64,000 bases of DNA from Candidatus Marinacidobacterales bacterium. GTDB lineage: Bacteria; Acidobacteriota; Vicinamibacteria; Marinacidobacterales; DATDRI01. A program made the translations under genes and the position numbers. Positions 28,406-40,413 of the stretch are shown one piece after another. Below the pieces are notes generated by a model. The model saw only the letters and a list, made by a program, of their open reading frames with translations. It made no database searches and was not told the DNA's origin. Each line of letters opens with the position of its first letter. Positions within the stretch are counted from its first letter, which is position 1. The stretch spans positions 2,272,001 to 2,336,000 of the forward strand of contig CBDCNP010000002.1 in the NCBI GenBank assembly GCA_965219415.1, written 5' to 3'.

Positions 28406-31079
28406 CTAATCGGTGGGTACGAGCCGCTCCAGCTCCTGAAACCAATTGAGGACCACGACAACTTCCGTCGACGCCGATTCCTCCTCGCCCTGAACCATCA
28501 AGAAGCGTTTGCCATCGGGTGAGATGTCGTAACTCCTAAACGTTCTGTCGCCTACCTCGAACCGTCCGTCGAAAAGCTTCGACGGCCTTCCCGGACTGAA
28601 CTCGGTTCTCGCTTCGACGGGCATCGACACCATGCCGCCGCCGGGGAAGGCGCGATAGAAGATCTCCTTGCCGTCCGGACCCCAAACCGGATGGTTACCC
28701 CCGTCGGTAGAGATGAGCCATCTCCCTCCGGGACCCGGGTAGGCGCGGACATAGACTTCCGGCCGCCCCGATTCATCCGAGACGTACGCCACCCAGCGAC
28801 CGTCGGGTGAAATGCTGGCGCCCAGCTCATTAAAAGGAGTCGCGAGAAGCGGCCCGGATGTGCCGTCACCTTCCATCGGAAGCGTCCACAGGTCGAATCC
28901 TGCCGCATTGCTCTCCTTGGCGAAGGCAAAGGCCCGTCCGTCGGGCGACCAAGACAATGGCCAGTGATTCTCGTTTCCTTCGGTGAGACGTTCGGTGGGG
29001 CCGCTGCCGTCGGCAGGCTTCCAATACAGGTTGTTCTTCCCGTCCCGGTCCGACAGGAAGACGACTCGGCGTCCATCCGGACTCCAGAAGCCGCCCCGGT
29101 CGTGGCTCTCCGACAGAGTTAGCCGAGTCAGCGTGCCGCGAGCGATGTCGTAGACCCAGACATCGGTGTTTCCCTCGCTCACGATCGACACCGCAATCCG
29201 CCTTCCGTCTGGAGAGATCTGCGGAGCGTCGTATGCGTTCCGAACGTCGGTGATTTCTTGTGCCTTCCCAGAGCGATCCACCCACACCAGGGTCTTCTCT
29301 TCGTCCGCGCCTCCGGGGACAAAAACGAGTGTTCCATTGTTGGCGACTTCGAACTTCTGGACCGCGCCTCCGACTCCTTCCAGAACGGGAACTTCGAGGC
29401 CGGTGACCTCGAGATCGCCGAGGTCGAAGGGCACGGCGCGAAGCGTCCCCGCCTGGCCGAAGACCAAATGACCAGATGAAGCATAGCGCGCCCACGATGC
29501 GTTCTGCACGAGATCCCGATGCTCGCCCGACTTTAGGGAGACCACACCGATCGTCGCGTCTTTGGAATCGACACTGCGGCGACCTGCGGTGGAGACGAGT
29601 AAGCCCTTTCCACGGGGAAGTACTTCAAGAGGCCAGTGGCCTTTGCCTTCTTCGGGCTTGGTAACGATTACTTGTGAGCCGCCGGCTGCCGAGACGGACC
29701 GCATGCCCGGATCCGCTACGAGCGAGCGGAAATAGATCTGGTCGTCGGGTCCCCACCTGCCTTCACTCACGTCGGCGGCATCACAGAGACTCATGGGCGT
29801 GCCTCCCGTCACCTCCACCTTCTTGAGCTTGTTCTCGGCAAAGAAACCCACCCACCGTCCATCGGGCGAGAAAAATGGATTGGTCGCGCCGTCCGTGCCG
29901 TCCAACGCTTTCGCGTCGAGTTGATCCATCGGGGCGTACGTACAACCTTCCGTTGGCGGGATAAGCCAACTTGCTGCCGTCGGGCGAGACCGCGAGGTTG
30001 CCTTGGAGCGGCGGCGTCGACAAACGTAGCTTCGTGACCGGTCCCGGTGCAGGGGCGTCCGTCGCGTTCCATGTCCAAATTCCGACCGCCGTGGCTAGGA
30101 GGGCGAAGAATCCCACCGCGAGCCAAGGCGCTATTCTCGACAACGCCGAAGGCGCAGGCGCGATAACGACATCTTCCAACGACTCCTCGGGTTCGTTGAG
30201 AGTCTCTTCGATCTGAAACCGCACATCCCACACGTCGCGATATCGTCGGTGTGGGTCTTTGCTGAGGCAGCGCTTCAAAAGCCGCCGAACACTAGCGGGC
30301 GTCGACTCGGGCAACCAATCCCAATCGGGATCCTGCTTGAGGATGGCGGCAAGCGCATCGGAGAGAGTCTCTCCATCGAAGGTCGGGCGACCGGTCAGCG
30401 TCTCGTAGAGACAGCAACCGAATGCCCAGATGTCGGTCCGCTTGTCGACGGTCTTGCCACGGGCTTGTTCCGGGCTCATGTACCCCGCGGTACCGAGGAG
30501 CATTCCGCTTTCCGTGGCCGCCCGGGTAATGGTCGGCGACTCGGAAAGATCGCCCGACACCGGTCCCGAACCAGACCTTTTTGCCAATCCGAAATCGAGC
30601 ACCTTGACCTTCTCATCAGGCGTGAGCTTGATGTTGGCCGGTTTCAAATCCCGGTGGACGACTCCTTTTTCATGCGCGGCCTCGAGAGCTTCCGCGATCT
30701 GCAGGAAGATGGGTAGTGCCTCTTCGAGGGGGAGGCCTGGCCGCTGCCCGACTCCATGGACGGGGCCACTCATCTTGATCCGGTCCCGGAGGGTATCCCC
30801 TTGAACGAGCTCCATCACCAGGAAGCGCGTGTCGCCACTCACCTCGAGGCCGTGGAGAGTCGCGATGTTGGGATGATTCAGGGAGGCGAGAAGGCGGGCC
30901 TCCCGCTCGAAACGCGCCAGAAACTCCTCGCTGTCGGCCAGCGCGCTCGCCAGGACTTTGATCGCTACCTCCCGGCCGAGCGTGGTATCACGGGCCCGAT
31001 ACACCTCACCCATGCCCCCCTTGCCGAGAAGCGACAAGACCTCGTATCCACCTAAAGTGTCGCCAACCGTTACGGGCAT
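28406..31079 (-). CDS. Ser/Thr kinase-TM-PD40/TolB beta-propeller receptor 1 (frameshift in homopolymer ~29932)
   Basis: GKGGMGEVY, HRDLKPAN, DFGLAK, YMSPEQ; TM helix; repeated SPDG. Confidence 0.9.
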
Positions 31080-31150
31080 GAGCCTACCCTCCTTAATCCC
31101 CACATCTAGATAGGCGCAGGAAATGGCGTCCGGGGGTCAGGGAAATCGGG

Positions 31151-33144
31151 TCAATTGGTGGGTACTAGCCGTTTCAGCTCCTCGAACCAATTCGTAACGA
31201 CGATGATTTCCGAAGCCACGTGTTGCTCCCCGGCCTCGATCATCAAGAAACGCTGCCCATCGGGAGTGACATCGTAATCGCGAACCGCCACGTTACCACG
31301 GTCGAAACGGTCCTCGAACAAGACCTTGGGCGTGCCGGGTTCGAATTCGGGTGTCAGTTCGATACCGACCACCATCATCTTGCCATCGTATGACCGATAG
31401 AACATCTCCTTACCATGAGGATTCCATGCGGGCTCGCCCCCGCCAGCGGTCGAGATCTGGTGACGGGGCCCCGGTCCAGGGTAGGGGCGTACATACACCT
31501 CACGGCGCCCGGACTCGTTGGACGTGTAGGCGATCCATCGGCCGTCCGGGGAGAACTCCGCACCTTGTTCAGCAAAGGGTGTCGCGAGAACCAGTGCGCC
31601 CTCGATCAACGTCCGATATTCGCCCGTCACGAGCGAGAACGCTTGGATCGACGACCGCGCGATGTCATCCCAACCCGAGGGGCCGGGGACTGCGAGGAGA
31701 AGTGTCTCTCGGTCTGGAAGCATCTGGAGGGGGTGATGCTGCGTACTCTCTTCAGGTTCCGTCACAATCTGCGGTGTACCCCCTACTGCGGCAATCCACG
31801 TAACTCCTGGACCGGCGGCGCGGGAACGAAAGTAAATGCGGTCATCGGGCCCCCAGGTCGCCCCGCGCAAGTCCGGGGCGTCACACAGAGTTACCGGCGA
31901 CCCACCGGCGACCGACACCTTCTTGAGCTTGTCGTCCGCGCTAACGAACCCGACCCACTCGCCGTCTGGGAAAAAAATGGCCACCGGTAGCCACCCTCAG
32001 TTCCTTCGATGGGTTTGGCGTGGAGCTGGTCCAACTCGCGCAGAAAAACCTTGGTAGTGCCATTCTCTTCGGCGATGAAGGTTAGACGCGATCCGTCTCG
32101 CGATAGCTCGATGACCAAACCCAAAAAAGGTGGTGGAGGAGTGGACAAACGCAAACGCGTCACCGCGTCCGGGTCCGGTGGGTCGTGTCGCACAAGAATC
32201 CCAGTTGCAACCGCGACGACCGCGGCTAGAATTGCCGCTGCAATCCATGCTGCGAGGCGCAACCACCGTGAAGGTAGAGGAGTGGCAGCCTGACTCGGCT
32301 GTGGCTCGCCGAGCGCCTCTTCGAGCTCGACCCGCACGTCCCAGGCATCGCGAAAACGCTTCCGCGGGTCTTTCTGGAAACAGCAATCCAGAAGCCGCCG
32401 AATACTCCTTGGCGTCGCGTCGGGCAGCGCTTGCCAATCAGGATCTTGTCTTAGGACGGACGCGATGGTGTCCGAGAGCGTGTCGCCCTGGAAGGTTAGT
32501 TTGCCGTTGAGCGCTTCGTAGAGACAGCATCCGAAGGCCGAGATGTCCGTCCGCTTGTCGACCGTTTTCCCTCGGGCTTGTTCCGGGCTCATGTATCCTG
32601 CCGTCCCCAGGATCGTCCCCGCCTCTGTCGCAGCGTGAGTGAGCGTCGGGGACTCGGACGATTCTCCCGAGGGCGTACCCTCAGTCGCCTTCGCTAAACC
32701 GAAATCTAGTACTTTGATCTTTTCGTCCGGGGTGAGCTTGATATTGGCCGGCTTCAAGTCGCGATGGATGACACCTTCCTCATGCGCCGCTTCGAGGGCT
32801 TCCGCAATCTGCATAAACAGAGGAAGCGCGTCATCGAGGGGGATAGCGCCTTGTTTGTTTCGTTCGGCCAGAGTTTCCCCAGGCACCAGCTCCATGACCA
32901 GGAAGCGCACATCGCCCGACTGCTCGAGCCCGTGAATGGTGGCGATGTTGGGATGATTCAGAGATGCCAGGAGACGTGCTTCCCGCTCGAATCGTGCTAA
33001 GCGTTCAGTGTCTTGTGCGAAAGCTTCCGCAAGAACTTTGATCGCAACTTCGCGCCCGAGCTTCGTATCGCGTGCGCGGTAGACTTCGCCCATACCGCCA
33101 GAGCCAATAAGCTCAATGATTTCGTAGGCACCGAGTTTCTTCAT
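31151..33144 (-). CDS. Ser/Thr kinase-TM-PD40 receptor 2; indels ~31985 and ~645-bp internal deletion at ~31590
   Basis: Same architecture as receptor 1; LIEGA joined directly to LATPFAE. Confidence 0.85.
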
Positions 33145-33302
33145 ATTGCTCTGGCGGTTTCGGGGCACGGGACCCCTCACCCCATATGGACATGCGCTGG
33201 CCCTTCGGAGACGAAACAACTCCTCGTCAGTCCGAAAAGTCAAAAAGCCGCTAGAAATTGAAGCGGATCCCGAGCTGCATCTGGAGCTGATTCAGGTCCA
33301 CG

Positions 33303-34393
33303 CTGCCTTGGTGCACAACTCCGATAGAGGCCGAGAGCTCGCTTGGCCCCGACTCCCATCATCCGATCATCTCGCTATCAGGCATCCCGAGCGCCGTCAT
33401 GGTGTTGAGAATCTTGCACCCGATCCTTGCCTCACCTCTCTGTGCCGCCAACCCTCTCGCTCGCATCGCTGAGCCCACGATAGCCTTGTAGCGATGGAAC
33501 GTTGTCTCGACTTTGCTCCGTTTGCTGTAGCCCGATTCTGTGTGCCACTTTCGTTTGCCGAGCCGAGCTTGTGCTGCAATGTTGCGATTGCGCTGTCGGC
33601 TGCTCGCCGGCCCCGATGCGAGCAGGGCGCCCTTGCGCGGCGGTATCAGCACCCTCGGCGAGCGATGAGCGCTGTGATTCTCGATTGCCTCATAGACGCC
33701 GCCGGCGTCGTATGCGGTGTCAGCTCTGGCCGATGAGATGGGACTGTCGATCTGTCCGACAAGCGATGCAACCCGCGATGAATCGCGGGCTCTTTTGCTC
33801 GTCAGCTCGCCGGCGACGACTTCGCCACTCTGCTCGTCGACACACAGATGGAGCTTGCGATAGTCCCTGCTCTTTTGTGCTCTGCGCAGCTGGCCGGCGT
33901 GGACAGCGAGACCGCTGCTGTCGAACAAGATGTGCAACGGCGTCTTCTGCTTGACTGGGTAGAAGGGGACCTTACCCAGCTTCGGCTTGCGCCTCGAGCT
34001 CGTGGTGTGATCGGGCACATCATTGTCTAGCTTCATCAGAGCGAACAACGACCGCAGCAATCCCTCGCTCTGCCTAGATGACAGATGAAACACCATGCCC
34101 AGGGTGACAGCCGTCTCGATGGCGTGGTTCGAGTACTTGCGTTGACGGCCCGGTTTCCTCCTCCTTGGCCGGGGGCGCGTCCCAGTTCACAAGCTTGCCG
34201 GCGGTGAGCGAGATCCAGACGGTCAGGCTCCCGCGGTTGCGTAGACCCGCCTCATATTCACGCCAATTCCTCACGCGATAGGCCTTCTTCACATACTTCC
34301 CGCTGAGTGCGTTTGAAAATGCTCATGGGGAACCTCGTATCCGCGAGTACAGGACAATTGTGGACCGAGATCGCGAGTTGTGCACCAAGGCAG
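33303..34393 (-). mobile_element. IS5 family (IS903 group) element, copy 1; transposase 33359-34292 with frameshift ~34172
   Basis: 18-bp TIR CTGCCTTGGTGCACAACT at both ends; YRVRNWREYEAGLRNRGSLT, PDHTT.SRR, DSSG, ADTAYD, VET; no TSD seen. Confidence 0.92.
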
Positions 34394-34484
34394 CTACCTG
34401 CCGGCTCGCCGCGCCGCGAACGTCGATCCGGCGGTCGTCCTGCGCGCTGAGTGAGGTCTCCTGCCTCCACGTGCTACCATCGGC

Positions 34485-35528
34485 GTGGTGGAAGAAAAGC
34501 GCAATCTGTTCGGGTTATCTCGGAAGGAGCTGGAGTCCTGCGCCGCCGAGTTGGGGCTCCCCGCGTTTCGAGGACGTCAAATCTATCGCTGGATTTACTC
34601 CAAGTCCGCGACCGACCTCGACTCGATGACCGACCTGCCGCGCATCCTTCGCGGCCGACTCGCCGAAAGCTTCATCATCCGCACTCCCGAATTGCTCAGC
34701 CAGCATCGTTCCGAGGACGGTACCGTGAAGCTCCTTTTCTCCCTCGAGGGGGGCAAGAACGTCGAGGCGGTCTACATTCCCGATCCTCATGAAAAACGAG
34801 TTCGGCATACCGTCTGCTTGTCCACGCAGATCGGTTGTCCCTTGAAGTGCACCTTCTGCTACTCCGGCACTGTACCCTTCGCGAGAAACCTAACGGTGGG
34901 AGAGATCCTCGGCCAGTTTGGGGTGGCGCGAAAGGCCCTCCTCTCGGCCACGTCTCGGGTGAACGTCGTGTACATGGGAATGGGTGAACCGCTTTTGAAC
35001 TCCGAGGCGGTCCTGGGTTCCCTCGACGTGTTGACCGATCCCGATGGGTTCGCGGTCTCGCCGCGTCGGATTACCGTTTCGACTGTGGGGCTGACCGAAG
35101 AGCTCGAACGATTCGTTGCATCGAGCCCTCCGGTGGGTTTGGCGATCAGTCTCCACGCGACCACGAACGAGAGCCGCGACCGCATGATGCCCATCAATCG
35201 AAAACATCCTCTGGAGGAGCTTCTCGCGACGGCTCGACGTCTACCGCTTCCCAGGCGACGAAAGATCACTTTCGAGTATGTACTCCTGGGAGGAGAGAAC
35301 GATTCGGTGGAAGACGCCGAGAGACTGGCGCGTTTGTTACGAGGCGCGAAGGCCAAGGTGAATCTAATTTCTTACAATCCGTGGCCGGGGTCTCCTCACC
35401 GGGCGTCGGACGCCCAGGCCACCGAGCGTTTCATGGAGATCCTGGCAGGCGCCGGATATACCGTGACCCTTCGGCGGAGCCGAGGCGATGACATCCTCGC
35501 CGCGTGCGGACAACTGGCGGGCGCCTAG
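34485..35528 (+). CDS. rlmN: 23S rRNA m2A2503 methyltransferase RlmN
   Basis: CLSTQIGCPLKCTFC, MGMGEP, ISLH, GDDILAACGQL. Confidence 0.95.
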   Translation: MVEEKRNLFGLSRKELESCAAELGLPAFRGRQIYRWIYSKSATDLDSMTDLPRILRGRLAESFIIRTPELLSQHRSEDGTVKLLFSLEGGKNVEAVYIPDPHEKRVRHTVCLSTQIGCPLKCTFCYSGTVPFARNLTVGEILGQFGVARKALLSATSRVNVVYMGMGEPLLNSEAVLGSLDVLTDPDGFAVSPRRITVSTVGLTEELERFVASSPPVGLAISLHATTNESRDRMMPINRKHPLEELLATARRLPLPRRRKITFEYVLLGGENDSVEDAERLARLLRGAKAKVNLISYNPWPGSPHRASDAQATERFMEILAGAGYTVTLRRSRGDDILAACGQLAGA

Positions 35529-36754
35529 GGGAATCTGAACTCTATCTCGATGTTTCGGGCGGCGTCCGGCGGTTCTTGCTTCGGCTCCGACATTTCCTCG
35601 TCGAATAAGTAGAAGAACGTATTGCCGGCAACATCTTCCAAGGTTGGCTCGACGTGGATGACGTAGTCGCCCGGAGCCCAAGGGGCATCAGGCCAAAACT
35701 GCCAGTGAGTCTCCTTCTTCGAGACCTCGACACTACCGGCGACGCGGCCCCAACCAACTTGCTCGACGGTAACCATTCGCTGCAGGAGCGCGTAGTCTAG
35801 AGGCTCCGGGAATCGGATTATCAGCGGTGCCTGCGCCGAAGCGGGAGTCGAGACCTCCCAGTCGGATGGGTTCGGTGACTCGCGGTCCGGAGGGCCCACG
35901 TTGATCTCTTTTTCGAACCGCTCCGCGAGCGGATAGCCCATCACGTCTTTGAGCCCCGGTTCGATCACAAGCCGAAACGACTCGCCGCGACGAAGTGCCG
36001 GCCCCATCTCCAGGTTGGGTGCCACGCCACGCTTGATGCGGCCGGGGTGGAAGAAGAGCGTCAATCGCTGCTGCATGGGATCCCAAAGGCCATTGCGGAT
36101 TTCGACGAACGGAAGGGCGACTTCCTCGCCCGTGGCGGTGTAAAGATGAACGTGAGTCTCTACGTCCTTGGTTCGCATCGGCGCGGAGAAGTAGACGTAG
36201 AGTCGGAGGAGGTTTTCCGGGAGCTCGGTTGCCGACGGGTAGACCGCCTCGACGGTCGTCGAGGCACGACCCGCGGGCTCCGGCATCGTGAAGTCGACGA
36301 CGGCGCTCGGGGTCTTGGTCATGCTTCCATCGGCGAACCGGTCGAAGGCACTCCCATCGAACTGGCCCTGGTAGCTCATGCCTGCCACGAAGGGGAACCG
36401 TGGCCGAAAGCGAATGCCGCCGCGTTCGATGGCGTAGCTCCCGAGGACGGCCGGCTGTTCGCTCCGCTCTAGTTTCGAGTTACTCGTGTGGACGGAGAAA
36501 AACTCAATCCAGCTCGACCGCTCGAGTTGCATCGCCTCGAGCTTGGAAAGCTCATTTTCGGGGAGTCCGGTTACAGTAACCGTCCCGAATGTATCGTCCC
36601 CCGGTGCGTCGTGGAAAACGATGGCAACGGTGGCGTCACCTCCCTCTGGCGACGAGGTCGCCGGCGGCCTCTCCTGCGCCAGCGGGAAGCGTGGCGAGGA
36701 GAGGCCGAGAGCAACGATCGCGGAAGCGAGAACGGTAATTCGCAGTCCGGTCAC
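35525..36754 (-). CDS. Secreted hypothetical protein with Ig-like repeats
   Basis: Signal peptide; FRPRFPF, LPENLLRLYVYFSAPM, PGRIKRG, F.EPLD, LEDVAGN. Confidence 0.7.
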   Translation of the reverse strand: MTGLRITVLASAIVALGLSSPRFPLAQERPPATSSPEGGDATVAIVFHDAPGDDTFGTVTVTGLPENELSKLEAMQLERSSWIEFFSVHTSNSKLERSEQPAVLGSYAIERGGIRFRPRFPFVAGMSYQGQFDGSAFDRFADGSMTKTPSAVVDFTMPEPAGRASTTVEAVYPSATELPENLLRLYVYFSAPMRTKDVETHVHLYTATGEEVALPFVEIRNGLWDPMQQRLTLFFHPGRIKRGVAPNLEMGPALRRGESFRLVIEPGLKDVMGYPLAERFEKEINVGPPDRESPNPSDWEVSTPASAQAPLIIRFPEPLDYALLQRMVTVEQVGWGRVAGSVEVSKKETHWQFWPDAPWAPGDYVIHVEPTLEDVAGNTFFYLFDEEMSEPKQEPPDAARNIEIEFRFP

Positions 36755-36764
36755 TCAAGCGCCA

Positions 36765-37922
36765 TTAGAAGCGTTTTATCGACAGGGCGACCAGGTCCAT
36801 GGTCCCGCCCGGCAACCGCTGCAGCGCAACGACATAGCCGGCATTGAAGGCATCGAGCTGCTGTACGCCCGTGCCGGATCGGGGCTCGTAGGAAACGCCC
36901 GCCAGGTAACCCTCGGGCTCTGTCGTGATCTCGCCCTTGTAGCTCTCGACGTCCCTCGTCTTCACAACCATGAAAGGGAGATTGCTGTTGGCGATCAACA
37001 GCCGGTCTTCACCGTCTTTCTTGTAGAGGACCATGTCGATGGGGTAGTTGCCAGAACCGAACTCGGCAACCGTCCGGCCTTTGACGTGCTGTCCGTCCTT
37101 CAGATCGGCCACCGGAAAAGTGACGAGCGGCGTGCAGAGATAGGCCGCCAAAAGGTGCTCTTTTCCGCTCAACGCGTAAGGCACGAAGGCGCGAATGGGC
37201 GCGTGCGTTTCATACTCGCCGTGGGCACCGTGGAAAATCTCGAGTGTTGTCGCGGCGGACTTCTCACTGAACGGAAATGGAATTCTCCACATGGTGGAGG
37301 CGAACTCCTCGTTCGATAGTCCCGCCACGTAGAGCGTACCTTCGGAGAAGGACATGTCGGTGATGGTGTCGGCACGCAGGCTGATGCCTTCCTTCCACAT
37401 GTGTGTCTTGCTCGCATCGATGGGATTGGGGAGAGCCGCCTTGGCGTAGGCGACATCCTTTAATGTCACTTCGCCGATCTCGCCTTCGGGGCTAACCTTC
37501 AAGAGGATGCCGGCGTCGGCGATGTCGTTCGGTAGCAACCAACGTGTGTCCCACTGGCTCCGCCCGCGAGACACCGACAAAAAGATGTTCTGAGAAACGG
37601 GGTTGACCGCCAGGTCGTGGATCATGATCTCGTCGGCAGTCGTCCCGAGGAGACTGGCGATCTTCTCCTCGATATTCTGAACGGCCGGGGCCTCTTCCAC
37701 CGCGGTGGCGGGAGACTCTTCTTGGAGGTCGACCGCAAAGATCGCTCCCCCCTTGCCGTCACCGATGAAGAGCACGCCCTCGGGACCGAAAGCCAGAGCA
37801 CTCATCGACTGGATTGCTGGCGTGCCTTTCGTGAAATCGCCGGGGGGCTTCGCGGCAACGCCGGCGCCGACTATGACAAGAGCGCCTAGGAACACTACAC
37901 CCAGGACCTTGAGCTTGGTCAT
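36765..37922 (-). CDS. Secreted hypothetical beta-propeller-like protein
   Basis: AAGGAGG RBS; signal peptide; LAFGPEGVLFIGD, LYVAGLSNEEF, FHGAHGEYETHAP, AYLCTP. Confidence 0.75.
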   Translation of the reverse strand: MTKLKVLGVVFLGALVIVGAGVAAKPPGDFTKGTPAIQSMSALAFGPEGVLFIGDGKGGAIFAVDLQEESPATAVEEAPAVQNIEEKIASLLGTTADEIMIHDLAVNPVSQNIFLSVSRGRSQWDTRWLLPNDIADAGILLKVSPEGEIGEVTLKDVAYAKAALPNPIDASKTHMWKEGISLRADTITDMSFSEGTLYVAGLSNEEFASTMWRIPFPFSEKSAATTLEIFHGAHGEYETHAPIRAFVPYALSGKEHLLAAYLCTPLVTFPVADLKDGQHVKGRTVAEFGSGNYPIDMVLYKKDGEDRLLIANSNLPFMVVKTRDVESYKGEITTEPEGYLAGVSYEPRSGTGVQQLDAFNAGYVVALQRLPGGTMDLVALSIKRF

Positions 37923-38066
37923 TACGACCTCCTTGTAACAGGACACTTGGTATGTGGTTTTAGGGACCGGACGGCGGCCTCGCTCCCAAGAACCGCGCCC
38001 ATCTTGGGTGCTAACTTAGCGTGTGCGCTGGACGGTCGCAAGTCGACATCATCGACAATCCTGCAC

Positions 38067-38103
38067 TTGACAAGACATCGAAAAAATCTAATAATCAGAT
38101 TAT
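38067..38103 (+). promoter_or_regulatory. TA operon promoter with palindrome
   Basis: TTGACA-17-AATAAT; ATAATC-A-GATTAT overlapping the -10. Confidence 0.65.
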
Positions 38104-38119
38104 CCTATTTTAGGAGATC

Positions 38120-38458
38120 GTGGTGAAGAAGGGAAAAAAGGCAAAGAGGACGGGTTCCGGGTTGGTCCGCGAAAGCCCCGCCGAGTACAGGGTTACGCGA
38201 AGACTGACCGCTACCGAGGCTTCTCGAAGTTTCTCCGAGCTGCTCAATCGTGTGCGGTATCGCGGAGAAACGTTCATTATCGAGCGGGGCGGCGAGCCTG
38301 TTTGTGAGCTCAGGCCCGCAGCACCAAGAGTGTTCACGGGCGCCGACCTGCTGACGCTGTTGAAGTCCCTACCTCCTGTCGATGAGGAATATCTCAACAT
38401 CGTAGAGGAGGTTGCTCGTTCGCAACCGCGTCTGCCGGAGTCACCATGGGAGCGTTGA
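38120..38458 (+). CDS. Phd/YefM-family antitoxin
   Basis: TATEASRSFSELLNRV..GETFIIERGG.PV. Confidence 0.85.
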   Translation: MVKKGKKAKRTGSGLVRESPAEYRVTRRLTATEASRSFSELLNRVRYRGETFIIERGGEPVCELRPAAPRVFTGADLLTLLKSLPPVDEEYLNIVEEVARSQPRLPESPWER

Positions 38459-38847
38459 TCGACTCGAGCGTCTTGGTGGCGGCCGAGCGAGGGACGGTCG
38501 ATCTGGATTCACTCCTCGAGGAGTACGAAGAGACAGGCTTCGCCGTTTCCGCTATCACGGCGTCGGAGCTGCTTCACGGTGTTCACCGAGCTCGAAGCGA
38601 AGACCGCCGGTCGCGTCGCGAGGCCTACGTTGAAACGCTCTTGTCCCGGATTCCAGTCGTCGCGTTCGATCTGGTCTCGGCAAGAACTCACGCCCGTCTA
38701 TCAGCCCGTCTGGCCAGCAAGGGGACTCCCATCGGAGCGCATGATTTGATCATCGCTGCCACCGCAATGGCCAGGGGTTTAGAAGTAGTAACTAAGGACG
38801 AGAGAAGTTTCCCTCGAATTCCCGGGCTATCCCTTGTCCGCTGGTAG
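38446..38847 (+). CDS. vapC: PIN-domain (VapC) toxin
   Basis: LIDSSV, ITASEL, IGAHDLIIAATA, VTKD..F. Confidence 0.9.
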   Translation: MGALIDSSVLVAAERGTVDLDSLLEEYEETGFAVSAITASELLHGVHRARSEDRRSRREAYVETLLSRIPVVAFDLVSARTHARLSARLASKGTPIGAHDLIIAATAMARGLEVVTKDERSFPRIPGLSLVRW

Positions 38848-38859
38848 GCGTCACTGGCA

Positions 38860-39915
38860 TCACCGCATTCGGCTATAGAGCGAAAACCCCACCGCAACCG
38901 TCACGATGACGATCCCCGCAAGGGCCCAAACACGCATCGGCCTCGAGGGACGCATGGATTCGTCGTCGATCAGCCGCGTCACGCAGTAGTAGTTCAGGCC
39001 GTAGAGCACGGGTGCCACGAGAAGGCTCACCACACCCACCAGGGTGACCATCCGCACCGGGTTAGGAATCAGCGTGTTGGCCGCGATGCTGAAGGTGAGA
39101 ATGGCGGCCATGAAAAACCAGTATGCGGGATTGAAGGACTTCGTTAGGAAGTCGTTGCGAGGAAAGAGCGTGCGAAGAAGGCTCGCGAACGTCCTCGGGA
39201 ACCCCTCCATGACGGAGTAGGAGGTAGAGAACATCGCCGCAAACGCCGCCAGCATGAACACTGGAAACATCCACTCTCCAAGAACCTCGGTATAGATCTC
39301 GGAGAGTGTCAATGCGACGTCGATTCCGTTGGGTGTGAGCCCTCTCGGCCTGAGGAGATTGGCTCCCAGCGAGACGAAGATCACCGCAAGAAACGCAGAC
39401 AGGACGTAACGACGCGAAGATCGGTCATCCCCATCGCGAGCATCTCGCGCCTGTCTCGGGTTGTTTTCTCCCATTCCCCGAGGTGCTCCACCGCCCAAAG
39501 TGAATGCCAAATGGCCACATTGATCCCGGTGGGCATCAGGCCGAATATCGACGCGGCCAGCAAGAGGGAACCTTCGGGCAACGATGGAATGAACATTTGC
39601 GCGAGATCCGACGGACGGGGAGGGGCTGCTACGAAAGCGATCACGCTGACCAAGGCCAGGACCCCGAGGGCTAGCTTGCTGCCGAGCGCGAGGGCGGGAT
39701 ATCTGCCCGTTCGGTGTAGCGCGATAATCAGAACCCCGAGAACAACGATCCAAACGGGAAGGGACAGTCCGCCCACGCTCACCACGAGGATCGAAGCGGT
39801 CACGGAAATGACCGCCGCGAAGATGGTGAGTCCTTGCAGCGTGGTGGTCGCCAGAAAAACCCAAAGTGCCCAGTTCTTCGGCCCCGGTACATCCTGGAAT
39901 CCCTGAATCAGGGAA
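38860..39915 (-). pseudogene. Nramp-like membrane transporter, N-terminus missing, frame break ~39410
   Basis: Multiple TM helices, SLIQGF..PGPKNW, FGLMP, AAFAAMFST. Confidence 0.6.
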
Positions 39916-40413
39916 ACACGGTTGGCTCTTCGGTGAGCTCGTGGGTGGTATCGAAGACAGTGAAGAAATCCTCGTACTCCGGATTGCCGTTCAAGAACTC
40001 TTCGAACCGCTCGCTCTTGGAAGAGACGTGGTTGATGACGCCATCGAACATCAGGTGGAAGCTGAGGCTCAGTCGCTCGATGTCGTCCCAGGTGCCCATG
40101 CGCGGGTCGACTTGTCGATAGTCGATGACCGAGAATCCCCGATCCGAGGAGTAAGGGTAGAAGGGGAGAATGTGGATAGTATTAATGATGCCGGTGAGAT
40201 AAATGTTCAGCAATTGGCCGAGGAAGGCCAGGGGTGGCACACCGGGCTTGATGAGCTGGTCGGGATAGGTGATGGCGACGATGTCTTTTTCGGTGAACCG
40301 ATCCTCGGGCCGAAACGCCTCTTCGTCTTCGAGCATCTCCGAAGTCTTGTGGGCGTGGTGCACGCGCAGGATGCGCTCGATCTCGGAATAGCAGGCCTCC
40401 GCCCGCTCGGCAT
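39916..40413 (-). pseudogene. GH13 sucrose/glucosylglycerate phosphorylase-like gene, second piece (C-terminus missing)
   Basis: ITYPDQ, HILPFYPYSSDRGFSVIDY..VDP, LMFDGVINHVS. Confidence 0.85.

Noticed and set aside
34165-34180. Programmed frameshift in IS5 transposase
   Set aside because: The other copy is in frame here and breaks elsewhere; G-run length error is more likely.
34485-35528. Cfr-type resistance methyltransferase between IS copies
   Set aside because: Sequence and composition look like housekeeping RlmN; nothing supports Cfr, though a tree would settle it.
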